From assembly GCA_045837725.1 (NCBI GenBank), contig JBEWZL010000266.1:1-64000 (forward strand): DNA of 64,000 nucleotides, in the 5' to 3' direction. Positions 39,937 to 53,597 of the stretch are shown here, one piece after another. Both the position numbers and the translations under genes were made by a program. Position 1 is the first letter of the stretch, and every line of letters begins with the position of its first letter. Origin of the DNA: Vermamoeba vermiformis. Its lineage: Eukaryota. The notes below the pieces were generated by a model. The model was not told the origin of the DNA. It saw nothing but the letters and a program-made list of their open reading frames with translations, and did no database searches.

Positions 39937-41376
39937 ATGAAGCGCAGAAGGACAGCGCACGGCATGAACAATCCCCCAAAACGACAAAAGGTCCAAAAAG
40001 ACCTATTATTGTGGCAACTACCAAACGAAATAATCGTCGATATTGTTTTTTACTTGGACTTGAAAGACATACACAGGTAAAGACGAATATTTTGTAATAA
40101 ATCCCTAATTTTTTTAAATATTTCTATCCCCTTTTTGCTGACTTACTGCGCACGCAAAACAATTTACAATGTAGACGGATTTTTTAAAAACGACAAATTA
40201 ATTTTTAACGAAACAATTGCTAGCGTATGTTTGGTCACGAAAGCAAGCAAAAAGATTTGGACCTACGTCACAAAATTGCACGCACTCCCTTACAAAGCAG
40301 CTCCGTGGAAACTCGGTTATGGCGCGCTTTCAAAATTACTGTCAGCAGTTTCATTGTCCGCTATTCAAAGTATGTCATATTGGGGGCTTGAGTACGAGAT
40401 CAAAGAGTAAGTACTGGTTCTTCTAGACAATTATACAAGTGATTTAAATATTGAGATACCTTCTTAATAGCTCAACAGATTTCTTCCTATTGCAACCATG
40501 AGCGGTTTGACTGGACTTATAATACTTCAGCCTATACAATCAGGGCTGTTAGAGTACTTAACAGCACTCACAAAACTTCAGAATTTGCACATTGTTACAA
40601 AGTTTGGGGAAGAATTGGAAAATTTTTCTCAACTGCAGCACATTGTTAGTTATGACCAGAAGTACTCTGATTATTTGCAGTATCTGCCACATTTGACTTC
40701 ACTTCAGCTTGACAGTTGGCCTCAAAGAGATGCAAGCCACATAATAGCCGCCACACAACTGAAGTGTCTTTGCATAAAACATGACATTAATGAGGATAAG
40801 ATTGCTGAACTAATGCAAATGACTGGCCTAGAGCATTTAACACTACAAATACCACCACCCAACTTTCATCTTCAGTGTTTGACAAATCTTACTAGTTTAT
40901 GCATCAGACGCTTAAATGAACAAATAATTTTGCCCTCCCACATTACCTCCTTGATCCTCTATCAGCTTTGCAGTTCTTCCGTTGCTTCACTGATGAGTAT
41001 CCAATGCTTGGAGATACGTACGTTCTTTTCTTTTCTTCCTTTTATTTTAACAATTAATCTTTTTTTATTAGGTGATCTTCTTACTACTGAACATCTTGCT
41101 CAGCTAGAACAACTTCCAAATCTCCATACCTTGATTTACAAAGAAAAAATTGATAATATCAAGCACATTTCAATGTTAACTCAGCTAACACACTTGGGGT
41201 TTTATTGGATTGATGGAGCATTATCACAAACAAACCTTCAGATTTTCTCTAGCCTGACTAATCTTGGCCTCCTAGAATATTCTAATGGACCATGTGAGTC
41301 ACCATTTCTTGTTGCTGAAAATTTTCCTTTGTCACATACAGTCATTCGATATGTTGAAAGAGTGTATGACGAATAA
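39937..41376 (+). CDS. F-box/leucine-rich repeat protein
   Basis: LWQLPNEIIVDIVFYLDLKD; LTKLQNLHI, LPHLTSLQL, LTNLTSLCI repeats. Confidence 0.82.
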
Positions 41377-41542
41377 ATAGCACTCTGGTAAACTATGCAC
41401 TATTGCAATAGTATATTTTGAATTAATTTTCCTAATAGCTCTTGCGTTGTTGTTTATTTCGGTTTTGTTAAAACTGAAATTTTTCAATCAGCACCAGAAG
41501 AGGTAAAAAACAAACGATTGTGCTATCATTAGTATAGTCATC

Positions 41543-42231
41543 ATGTCCGATGCAAAATACAAGCAATTAGAGAAGGCTGTTTCGATGCACTTCAAAAAAA
41601 AGCTCGCGGACAGTTGGAATAAGTACCAAGCCTTATGCAAGCGAGAAAGAGTGCCTATTAAGCCAATTTTGACTGATGCGACATTGTACAGCCACGTAAA
41701 AACAATTAAAGCTGGTGCGTAGTCTTTTTTGAATTTTAAAAATTAATTTTTATTTCACGGAAATTTTGTTCTAACGGGCTTGGCTACGCAGACGATGTCT
41801 GGGAGTTGTTGAAAAAGGAATTAAACGAATTAAAATTGACCGCTGCGAACAAGGAGAAAGAAGATCCAGAAGAAAGAGCGGCAAAACGACGAAAACTCGA
41901 AGAAGAAAATTCAAAAAAACGAGGAATTACGTGCGATAAGTGCAACGGCCACAGAATATTGTATATATACGCCAAATCTACCGATACGAACAATTTAATA
42001 TTTCCTAGCGGCTTCGATTACACCGGTAAATCAGCAGATCTAGTCAAGTACGTTTATAAGACTAAATTGGTCTATTTAGGTTATCTCCCTAACTTACTTG
42101 GCGTTGGTTGCGGCGATGGGATTGATATGAACTTGTGCGTGGACTGCGGGCACGTGGTTGGATTCGACAGCCAAGCAATATTGGCCGAATTAGAGCGCGT
42201 TGAAGCCGATCCCGATGGCGCGGAATACTGA
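41543..42231 (+). CDS. Protein with C-terminal CxxC...CxxC zinc-binding module
   Basis: CDKCNGHRILYIYAKSTD..GYLPNLLGVGCGDGIDMNLCVDCGHV; introns ~41716-41790 and ~42026-42079. Confidence 0.7.
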
Positions 42232-42407
42232 ACATTAGCGATGAGACTATTGTAATAAATCTATAATAAAGTTCTTAAAGTATTCTCCCTCGTGCACTTG
42301 TACAAGATCCGACCTGAACAAAAACGCCAAAAAACAGCAACGAATGGATTTATATAAAAACATGCATTGAGACTAATAGTAACCAACGTACACTGCGCTG
42401 TCATTGC

Positions 42408-42886
42408 CTAACAAATTTTTCTTCTGATTTCTTTCAGTTCGTATTGGTCGATCTCTGTTGAGGTTACTTCGATTAGATCAACTAAATTATAATAAGAACT
42501 ATAATCCGTACCACAAAGAACGCCAATTAAATTAGATTCTTCCTTCTTCTGATCAACGACGAGAGAATAAATGCAGATCTTGTTATTTTTCTCATCGACG
42601 GTGGCGCGCACAAATCGCTGTTCTACGTGAGCTTTTCCGTGAAAAGTGCGTTTAAAATTCTCAACAAATAATAACAGCGCTACGGCCTCGAGTTTCGACT
42701 GGGCGTAGATCATGCCATTGGTGCCTTCGTTGATGGCCCACAACGGAATATTCTTCTCGTGGTCCTCAAGTTCAATGTCAGGCACGCCAAGACCGTGCAA
42801 GACCTGCGCGAGATATTAGCGCGAGATTGGTGAAAAAATTCATTCGTGCTTACTCGTCGGTTGACGGACTCGCTGAGACACGCCAT
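42408..42886 (-). CDS. Hypothetical protein (~142 aa), one intron
   Basis: MACLSESVNRR spliced to VLHGLGVPDIE..RRKIC*. Confidence 0.6.
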
Positions 42887-43025
42887 CTTGTGGTGCGGGC
42901 GAATAAACGGCAATTTTAGCATCTGATGGACGGCTATTGCATATAAATAGGTGAGTACTATTGAAACACGCTGATGTCTGTTGACAATAGTCTTGGCGAC
43001 ATCAAGTGTCACAGTGTCAATTGTA

Positions 43026-45068
43026 TCACTTTAACTTACTCGGAGCATGATTAGCGGCCAGCAAAGTCGATTGTAGTACTCGAATCCACTCGAGGTCAGT
43101 GAATATGACTGTACGCAGTGGCAGTGTGATCGGTACCGCACTGATTGGATTGTCGCGCAGATCCACTCGATTCAAATGCTTGAGCCGTGCTAGGCCGTAC
43201 GGCACTTTCTTCATCATATTCGCTCTGACGTGAATGTTATATTACTATTTAAATAATCGTTAAGTAGACTTACCGAGCACTAAAACTTTGCAGATTTTCA
43301 AGTAAAGCGAGCTTAGTCGATATTTTTTTCAAATGATTGAACTGCAATTATGTCAATACTAATACGGAATGACATAATATATTAAAATAAATGATAAATT
43401 TGTTCGACTTACATCGAGATTTAAATATTCGATCTTTCTGCACCCCTTGAAAAATGACCCTGGAATGTGCTTCAGTTCAGCGCTAATGACGACATAAGTC
43501 AGATGTTCTAATCTATCCATCGAGCTGTTCCATTGTGTGATATAATCGCCTTCAAAATGCACTTCTCGTAGTCGCGTCATGTGCGAGAAGTCACACTTCC
43601 AGAACGGTGTGGCATCGCCGTAGATTTTTAACACTTCCAAATTAGTCAATTTCAACAAACTTTTTGGATTGAACGGGTCTTTGTCAGCGTTAATAATGAC
43701 TGACTTGAGCGTATTTGGTAACACAACATCGCCCTATGATGAAAGTTTGTCAGATCCGGATCCAAAAATGAAAATAATGACCTACCAACACCTCTCTATT
43801 TATAGCTAAATACTGCAAGTTCTTCGCGTGAGTAAATATCTCCCGAGCAATCTCCGAATCTTAAAATAGATAATTTTTAATTTGTACTGAAATAATAATA
43901 AGAATTAGAATTATCCCACGTACTTGTGTTGATATTCAGCGACACTAAATTAGATGCCTTGGGTGCCACCAAAGCAGGCGTGACAAATCGATGCGTGAGA
44001 TGCGTGAGCTGCGCCATGTCTTCCAACACATTGCCGAGTCGGGCGGGAATGAAGTGCGCAAAGTCGATTGATTTGACCTGCGCTCGGAACTTGCCGTCAC
44101 TGCGCGCGTCATTGCGCGTGATGTCAAATGTCACCTGAGCATGACACGTGTCAAAACAGAAGAAACTGATTCGAATCGTACGAGTGTCACTTTGGCAGTT
44201 TAGACGCAGCCAAGATCGATCATGACACCACGCGACCAAATTAAGGTGAAATTTCGTTCACTTACATGTTCTAAAGGTGTCTCCACGTGTGTAGCGAGGT
44301 AGGTGTGCAGATCCGTTTTGGCCGATTGCATGAACTCGAGTCGTTTGAGATTTGGGAACACTTTCAGCACATCTTCGGTCTTAGTAACTCTATCCTTCAT
44401 ATAATATGCCGCTAATATGTAATACAATTTGAGTTTACGGATCTAACAAATGGTTTGGATTTGTACTTACAGATCTCCAAAGAGGAGACTGAGGGGCAAA
44501 CAATATCGTTGTTAATGAGTAGTTTGAAGTCTATATTAAATATTCGAACTATTTTCAAAGTATTTGGCTTTAGGTTCTTGAATAACTGGATCGTGCACGA
44601 AACAATTTCGTCTGTTTCGCGGATATTGATTAAATTCAGCTGCTCCAGTGGCAACTGCAATAAACACGTGCTATTCATAGTATAATAAAGAATAGTTGTC
44701 CACAGGATACTTACTGGCTTGATTTTTGAAACTTGTTTCAGGACTTCCTCATCTGTTGATTGCAGAGCAAGAATTTTGCAACGATTAAGACCACATATTA
44801 TTTTATGTCTATCAAGCCATCCATATCTGACAAAAATTATTGTTAATACCGTTGAAAAAGCCAGATTTGAATGTAAAAATTAATCAAAAAATCTGAATTA
44901 CCTTAATAAATCGAGCTCATATGATCCAGTGCCTTTAATAAGTTCTGAGAATCGTTTTGATACTCGGGCGATTTTAGCGAGCATCATCCACGAGAGATGT
45001 GGAAAGATCTCTTTCTGGAACAGTTCATTTGGAACTGCGTCAATCACCGACCTGGTCAAAGCTGCCAT
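43026..45068 (-). CDS. F-box/leucine-rich repeat protein
   Basis: AVPNELFQKEIFPHL..IARVSKRF; LTNLEVLKI, LKHLNRVDLRDNPI. Confidence 0.82.
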
Positions 45069-45777
45069 ATCGCTCTATTAAACGCAATTTAATGAACATT
45101 AGTGTAAACATTGGTTTGTCCAATCGTTTTCAAATAAAAATGATTGAAACTCGCAGATCTATTTTTGTCTATTACGAGTTGGAAGTTCAATAACTCAAAA
45201 ATATCTTCGTGTTACAATTTTCGCCTATAGTAAGCTATGAAATGAGTTCATCCTTATAATTACAAATAGCGACTGCTCGATCGGATTGTTATGGAGTGCA
45301 ATATTATTTCCCGTAAGTGTGGATTATTTTTATATTGTTCTCAAATTATTGTGACAAATAAGCAATATCATTAGCGCATTTTGGTAGAATTATTTAAATT
45401 ATTGACAGATCTTTTCTCCTAGCAGCTTTTCCGTCTTGTTCCCAAGGAAATGTCCACATTCGATATTTTTCCAAGGAGATATTGAATATATTGGAACGAC
45501 TATTAGTATGTTTTTTTTCAAAATGCCCGGGGGGGGGTAACATCGTTCTAAGCAGTATTAATTAGTTAATACTTTGCTAAGAAGCGGACTCTATCAGTAA
45601 GAGATCCAAAGAGGAATCACAGCTTGACAGCGGAGCAAAAACGTTGTGATTCAGCTCAGTTTGTTTTATGAATCATATGATAGGCAATAGGTACGCAAAT
45701 TACTTTATCGAATACATATATGCTCATAATAATTCTTTTGCTGTCAAAACTGATCCAGTTGTTGTAGACAAAAAGAA

Positions 45778-46427
45778 ATGAAATTGTTGGTCATATTTGC
45801 CCTGTTAGTTTGCATTAGCGGTCAGGCTCTAGAACCTAATGCCATCAGCGCTGCATCGTGCACTGCAAGTAAGACATCCAACACATTTTTTAATTAAAAA
45901 CAATTTTCATTATTTTCTACCGTTTCAGAAATATCAATACTTGACTGCATACTAACATTCACTAGACGTGCTGGACTTTACCACCACGGCGAGCTGTATT
46001 GCAGATGGCACTTGGATCGTTTACGGAGATTTGAACATTGACAACGGCAAAACATTGAACGTTTCTTTTGACTTCATTAAATTGGATAGTGGAAGTCTTA
46101 ACCTTCTTGGTAAGCGAATATGATAATTATTATTATTAATAACTTTTATCTATTGACAATGGGTGCTATTATTTTTGGATCACGTGTCAAATCTGCGGAG
46201 AGCCACCATATTTGTTTTAATTATGTCAATTAGGTGAGGAATCTGCTCTTCGCATTAAAGCCGATTTAGTGACCGGCAGATTCGGTTTCATCAACATTAC
46301 TTCAGATGCGAACTTTGGGAACGGTAGATTCGTCCGAGCATTGGATCCACCCACCCGGGTTAGCCCGCTCCTTGTCCATCCGTTCAGCAATCTCTTTGAG
46401 CTTGATTTGGGCTTCATCACTGACTAA
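45778..46427 (+). pseudogene. Short or truncated secreted-protein gene overlapping the 3' end of the opposite gene
   Basis: Signal peptide MKLLVIFALLVCISGQA; two clean GT-AG introns; third exon runs into the antisense CDS. Confidence 0.45.
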
Positions 46428-48443
46428 TTGTTTCTTCTTATTGCCGCGACAGTCTTCGTGCAAGTGCTTGACGAGTGCTTCACGCGATTCAATATCGTCT
46501 TCGTCACACGCTTTGCAGGTGTACTCCCCTTTGTCCGCGGTACATTCTCGCATGTGACGCGTCAAATCAGCATAGCTCGACAACACAGCGACACAGCCCA
46601 ACACCTTGTTCGGACATTGCAACATAGCGGCTCTGTGCCTGTACGCATCGCGTCGTGCATATTGCTGGAAGTGACACGTGAGCACGGATGAAATCAGAGT
46701 ACGTGTGACTTACCTGACAATGTCGTGCATAGTGTTCAATCTTGTCCGACACATCGCACTGTGCGCACTGATATTCGTAGTACGCACAGCTCTTCAAATG
46801 TGTCACTCGCTCTGCACGGGTCATGTTGGTCACGTGACAGCCGTACTCGTGCAACATGCATGACCAGCCAGGCCACTTCAAGCAAACGTCGTAGTGGTCC
46901 TATTAATGATATTTATTATTAATTTATATACGTATTATTCACACCTCGATCAAACTTACTACGAGATCACATTTTTTCACGGAATGTTTGCAGTACGCGC
47001 ACGAGATATTTTCTTCACTCTCTTCGCTAGGGATATCGTATTCGCCATGACTGTGAAGGAGTTTCTGTCGTTCGAATGAAGGTAAATAAATCTATAGTTT
47101 AACACCAATCCAGTCCGTACCTGTGAGCGATGCTCTCCGCCCTGCACAATGACGTGCACACGTGTCTGCGCGTGTTTCAATTCGAGGGCTTTGCTCTCCA
47201 GGGTCAAATAATTGCTCGTAGGATAAGCTGGTATTTTGATGACAATTTTTTTGACGTGTTGACATGATGTCACTAATCGTTGCAAGTGTTCTGGCTTCAT
47301 TCGTTGTGGATACACGAACTCCAAGTACCATAATTGCTGTAGTCTGTTCGAGGTCAGCAGGTCGAACACCGGATCCAGCTCTCCGTCACCTGGTTTTATC
47401 GTCAATTTTTCCAATCCACTCGAAATTTGCGCCAAGAATTGACGATCAAAATGTGGGTTATCCAAATATAGTGATTTTAAATTGGTGCAGCCACTGATGT
47501 CATATTTGTCGAAGTACTTAGTCAGCGTCAACTCCTCGCAATTCGATTTTAGTTTCGTTCCATAACACGGCCGTAGTGTCACTGCTCGGGGATTATATTG
47601 CAACAATTTTGGTGTATCGACATTGGAAAGATCAAACGGAATAAGCAACTCTTCCATATTTGGAAATGCTTTGGGCACGTGATCACATCCGGCAACGTCG
47701 GCTTCGCTGCGGATAATAGCTTGAGGAATCATTGCGCGCATGTCTAAGCGAGTCACTGAGGGACAAAGTGGCTGGTGGAATATTTCTCCTGCGTGTGAGG
47801 CTGATCATGGTTCGTTAGATCCGGATTAGTTTAAAATAATTTAGAAACTCTATTAACGCTTAACTTTCATATTATTATCAATAAAAGTTATTTGCGCGTG
47901 CATATTCAAGTAATTAAAAGCAGATCCGTACCAACTGTAGGCAACACAAGCGACTTTAAGTTAGTAAATTGAGTCAGCACGATCTTGAGGCCAGTGTAAC
48001 CAATCGATGTGCATTGTAATATATCTAAAGACGTTATTCGAGGATAATCGCGCGCTAGCACTGCTAACTGAGCGTCTCCAAACAGATCTCGGAATCGGGC
48101 TGCAGGCTTGTATTGAGTAACCCTGAAAATAATTGTTGATATTTTGTATAAAAATTATAACGATTTTTAATAATATAGATTGAATTTAGGATTATTTTAT
48201 CCGAGCTCAGCTAGCCGAACAAACTTTTAGCGGATCCAGAAAAATTAAATATTCTAGATTGTTACTCTCAGCAGTAAAAAGGAGTCACTATAGAAGCTAT
48301 GTAATTATGATTAAATTGTCTACTTACAATTCCTGCGTGTAACGAAGATATTCTTTGCTAACGGATTTAAACGTTGAAATTAAGTACTCAGCTGGAAAGA
48401 ACGACAAGATGTACGCCCTTATTTCAATAGGCAGCGTGTCCAT
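46302..48443 (-). CDS. F-box + LRR + tandem TRAF-like zinc finger protein
   Basis: MDTLPIEIRAYILSF; LRR exon 47121-47756; splices to CAYC..DHYDVC, C..GC..H..C, CPNK..GC..RHMREC. Confidence 0.75.
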
Positions 48444-48717
48444 ATCTAGACCTTGCAGTGGTGCCTCGTGTTTGCGGTGAATGACAAAAATTAGGGTTTA
48501 GAAAAATTAATCAACGACACTTCAGGCAATTCCAATAAATTATGCAGTATAGATGACAAAATGATACTCACCTCACTGCACTAACAAATAGTCTGAGTCA
48601 ATCGAGCAATTGTAACCAATTAAAACTACAACCTGTTGCAAAGAGCGGCTATCTTGTCCAAGAAATTTGGATCTTATGATATTATTAATAGGCTATTTAC
48701 TTATTTAGAGTACTATA

Positions 48718-51479
48718 TTATACATTGTTATCAGTTGACGATGTCGCTTCACGAGGACTCGAAGTTTCGCCCGTGGGTTCCATAGGCACGTGCACTGTGG
48801 TGCTGCTATTGTGCGTGAGAGCAGATTTGTCGTCAGTGTCATTTTTAGACTGAGATTTCTTCGATTTGCTGCTTGATTTTTTCTGATCGGGTGTCGTAAA
48901 CGCCATAATATGAGAACCGCTAATAATGCACAAAACAAGCATCAAAAACATGTAGAATCCAAACTGACTCTCAGGCGTGTTGGACAAGAATATTACGACG
49001 CCAAATGCGACCACTAAAATCAAGTTGAAAACTCCGTTGCCAACGACCATCAAAATTGTCTAAAAATTATCGGTTAGAATGAGCTTAATCATATATAATT
49101 GTCTTCCTTACTTTAATAAAAAGTCGTTTTGAGGCTCCGTTTGCTGATAACTTGTGTTTTGCGGTCTTGTTCAGGAATCGCAACACTTTAGTGCCGATCA
49201 CGAAAAAGAACAACGAAGAAGCGATGAGCATGGCTGCATAAATGACGTAAATGACTCCTTGTAGTGTAATAGTCACGCCCAATTCAATATACAGGCCACG
49301 CAACACGTCAAACACAATCTCCATGACGAGCAGCGCGGCGCAGATGATAAAAAAGGGCAACTGAGTCCTGCCAATCCATACGCCGCTCTTAATCCTCTGT
49401 GAAATTAGCTCGAACCTATTTAAAATATGCGTTAGAATTCTCTTGCTTTGGATATTTTATCAATTTTATTTTTTCGTAACGGATTTCGGGTGGCGAAGTC
49501 TGAACGAGGCAAAGAATAGCTTATTTCAATAAACAATTGAAGACTTACCAATAGAATGCAGTCAATATTGTCACTATAATGACAAACGGAAGACTAATCG
49601 TCAAAATGATGAGTCGACCTAACGTATCCAGTACTCTTGAAGCACCAATCGGATCAATGCACCATAGAATACGTGCTAAATGACTTGCTTAGTAATCAAA
49701 TCACCATTGAATCGTTCATTAAGCATACCTATGTTGGAAAAGGCCTCCATAGCCAACGAAACGATGGGGATCGACATTTGAGGGCCGAACGCTTTGAAGA
49801 ATTGCGTTAATTTCCATATAGACAAGCCTAGCAAGCCAAGAGATATTATGCCAACGATGACATAGCCAGCTAATACGGCAGGAGAATGCCAGTAATCGAC
49901 CCAATGATTGGAATCTGGATGGAGATTTAAAAAACGAGATTAGAGTCTAGTATAGTAAAATAATAGTAACTTAAAGTTAAAATAATAATATATATAAATA
50001 AATAATCATAATTACAAAAAAGGAAATAATATGGAGGCCGTTCGTATTCCGAGTTAATTAGGAGTAATTACGCCGTAAGTAATTAATGTGAAATGCAAGT
50101 TAACGATGCAGAAATTTCCGTATTATGGATGGTGTTATTAAAATTACAAATCAGAATTTGAAAGTTAATTAAGGACTAAGCGTATTGTGACCGATTCATT
50201 TTTTAACTTTGACGTTGATAAAACTGACATTTACGAATTGACACTTAATAAAAATTGTAAGGCAACGCTATAATAACATCGCACTAGTTCATATTATGCC
50301 TAGAAAATGATATTGTGTAATGACACTTTGACACTTTTGACACGATCATAGCAATCGCTAACTTGCTAATGCATCAAATTCATTCAAATTAAGTATATAT
50401 ACTCTACATACCATTATCAACTACACGCACCAAAATTCTGGTCGAATTGTCGCTATTGGTCGCATTTTTCAAAGTCTCGCGCAACAGTCCCGTGATCTGG
50501 ACCACAGGCACCATGTTCGAGTAATCAGAGCCGTCCCAGCTGAAGTACATATCACCGGGCTCTCGAGTGAGACCTGTCGCACAAATCTGATCAGTCTTAT
50601 GTGTCAATTAAACTTTGTTAACCAAATCTAGCAAAAAAAAGTTATGATGCGATAGTAATATTATGAATTCTTAGTCAGTGAGATGAAACCGTGGCAATAT
50701 CTTATATCACATCGATTACACGCAGATTTTCGGGGGCGCGTGCATCAATTGAATCAAAAAATTTATAAGCGCCGGTAAAAAAAAATAGGACCAATTGCCT
50801 GAACGATTAACGAATAAGTCTATATATATATATTTATAACGTACTCGAACTTGATGCTACGACCACAGTAAAGCCTGTCGCTTGAAGTGCCCTCGCGACC
50901 GTTTGTAACGAACATCCGCTCGCAGTTTTGTTCAGCAATGCAACAGTGGCGTCATTCAAGGGTGCAGGACAGTCCTATAATTATGAATGATAAGTTAATC
51001 ATTTTCCTTCGCTAGTTAATGATTTCGAGTCAGATCGCGTGTTGCGCTATTTACGCTCATAATCGGGAGCAAATATAGCTCCTAGTTAACGCTATTTAAT
51101 TAAGTCAAATATTTAATCGCTTAGTAACGACATCATATTGGTGATATTACGTGCGCAATTAGCATCAGTTTTCGAGCGATAACATTGCACAAAACAGATT
51201 CGATTGTTTTAGTTACCTTGCAACAAGGCTCAACGACTTGAATATAACCCGTGATATCATAACCTCTATATCCATATAAATACGGTGCTACTCCTTGCGA
51301 CGGATCAACGTTACTCGGCGATAGAACAGTTAGTTCAGCTCGGATGCACATTAATTGAACGGCGAGCTAATTAAGCGTTAGTGATTGGTTAATAATATGA
51401 TTGTAGATTACGAACACCGTACCATTAATAGTACTATAGCCTTGCCAGTCGCTAGCGAATGATTCTTGAGCAGATCCAT
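48718..51479 (-). CDS. 7TM receptor-like protein with PA-like extracellular domain
   Basis: Signal-like N-terminus; VALL..GCSLQTVARALQATG..VPVVQI; about seven TM helices including RILWCIDP and LTAFYW; Ser/Lys/Thr tail. Confidence 0.7.
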
Positions 51480-52669
51480 TTCAAGTTAAAAACACGAACC
51501 AGTTTGCCGGCTTGGCTTTGTGGTGCTCCTACGCGCAGTAATTCTCTCAACAAAAAAAAAATGTTCTGCCGACATGTCTCCCCAAGAACTTTCTATATTA
51601 GGAGCTGTGCACGAGGATTAATAGAGAAATTTGAAATTAGCCGGAGATCTGGCTTTGGCGACGTTATTTTGGGGCCAAATCTTTCTTGTTTACCGCTCAT
51701 ATTGCGTGCAATAGCGAGCGCAAGTAAGAATATATGGTAATCCTCTTAGATGAGTGTGATTTAACCATTCGAATCGAATACAAAGCATAAATTCCGTATG
51801 GATTTGCCTCCGCTGAATTTTTTAATTTGTTGTTGCGGCTTCTATGCACTAATTCACGTATTAAATAAGACGGAGAACAATATTTAATCGATTGCAATTA
51901 ATTTGAAGCGTAATTTCGCAAGCAAACTTTTCCATCTGAAATTACGAATGAAAATTTAGCTCACAATAAAAGAAGTAATCTCTATTTAATAGCGTAATGT
52001 AGATACGGCAATATATTGTGAGCTACGCAGAAACAAACAGCTTATTTGTGCTCTGCAAAAGATATTAGATGTTCATCCAAACAAGTTTAAAAATTATGAC
52101 GAGCTGTACAGGGGTCTAATTATACAACGATAGTAAGATCTTACTAAAAATAAAACGCTGATGCAATATTTTATATTATTAGGGTAGGTTGCTTGGAACA
52201 ATAAACGAATAAAAATTGATGTAGCCTTCAAATATTTCCCATGAACAAATTTCGTATTATATTTAAGTAATAGAGATATTGTCATATTTTTTAACTGTTT
52301 GTAAGTCATAATTCCGCTTACCAAAGAATTTGCTTGCAAATCCACTGTAATAAATTTTCGGATCACGTTTGTTTGATCCCACAATTAATTGTGTTGTTAC
52401 TAATATATATCCTTTGCATAATTATGTGTTGTTAATATCGTTCTTGCAGGGTTATCGAACATGATCTAGAAGACTTTTTGGTCCGAGGAAATCTTTCAGA
52501 AAAAAAAAATCACATGCTACCGTCCTACAAAAGCGAAAAATACGGTCAGATGCATTCACGACCATTAGAAGCGTAGTGGTAGCAATGGTAAAAGGTTTAC
52601 CCTTATTTTCTGTAACTAAAGCCGACGAATTTAATACATCTAACTCCATCCAACCAACTAATCACAACC

Positions 52670-53597
52670 ATGTCTTTTGAACAAGCAAGCAAGGTACGTA
52701 ATATACTTTATATCTCATATACTAAATACGGACTAATTATTGGCCTGATTAGACGGTAATTGAGACCAGATCCCACAATCAACATCTGGATCGTGTCCGT
52801 AGAACAAAGAAGCATCGTTATGTTCGTGTGCGCCCCATGCAAGTGGATGACTTACAAGATGTACATTATGTGCAAAGTACGTTATAATGATAATACGTTG
52901 AAAAATTGGCTGAATTTTGAAATCTGAGATTCGGACTATTTCTTTAGTCACTAGAATACGTATTAATTTGCTTATTTTAGCTAAATGTTATCCTGCGCAC
53001 TTCCACGAACCAATATCTTCGTATGCGGATAAGCTCCAGTTTTGTTCTGATGGATGTTGGGTTGTAGAAGATGTCGAGAAAGGAGAAGACGCCATTGGTT
53101 ATATTATATTCTATAAATGGAATATTGATGAATTCGGTGCCCCTGCTCTGTCTGTCCCGCTCAAAGACCAGATTCCAAAGAACTTAGCTTCGTCGACTGC
53201 TGAACTAACTCTCAATAACATTTGGTTGCACGATACTGCCTTGTTGCCTGAATACCAAGGTGAAGGTGAGTATCTTATCGCACTATCTATTGTTCCGGTG
53301 CGCACTGAAGTTGTTCCGAATCTGCAACAAATCTAGATTAGCGAAGTCTTTCGCTTTGTTGCTCAAATCTAACTGATTTAAACAGGTATTTTGAACTATC
53401 TTAACGAGGTGTTAGAAGAGTACGCTCGATCTATCGGCGTTGATCAAATTTACGCCGCATCTGTTCAAGGATCTTTTCCAAAGTGGCAACGGATGGGTTG
53501 GCGCGCGTGTCCAAAGCTGAAAAAGAAAGACTGCTATGGACCCGATGCCGTTAATATGGAGAAGTCCGTTCCTAGCTCTCAAATAGCCTCTGCTTGA
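52670..53597 (+). CDS. GNAT N-acetyltransferase
   Basis: VRPMQVDDL, WLHDTALLPEYQGEG (motif A), SVQGSFPKWQRMGW; three introns. Confidence 0.85.
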
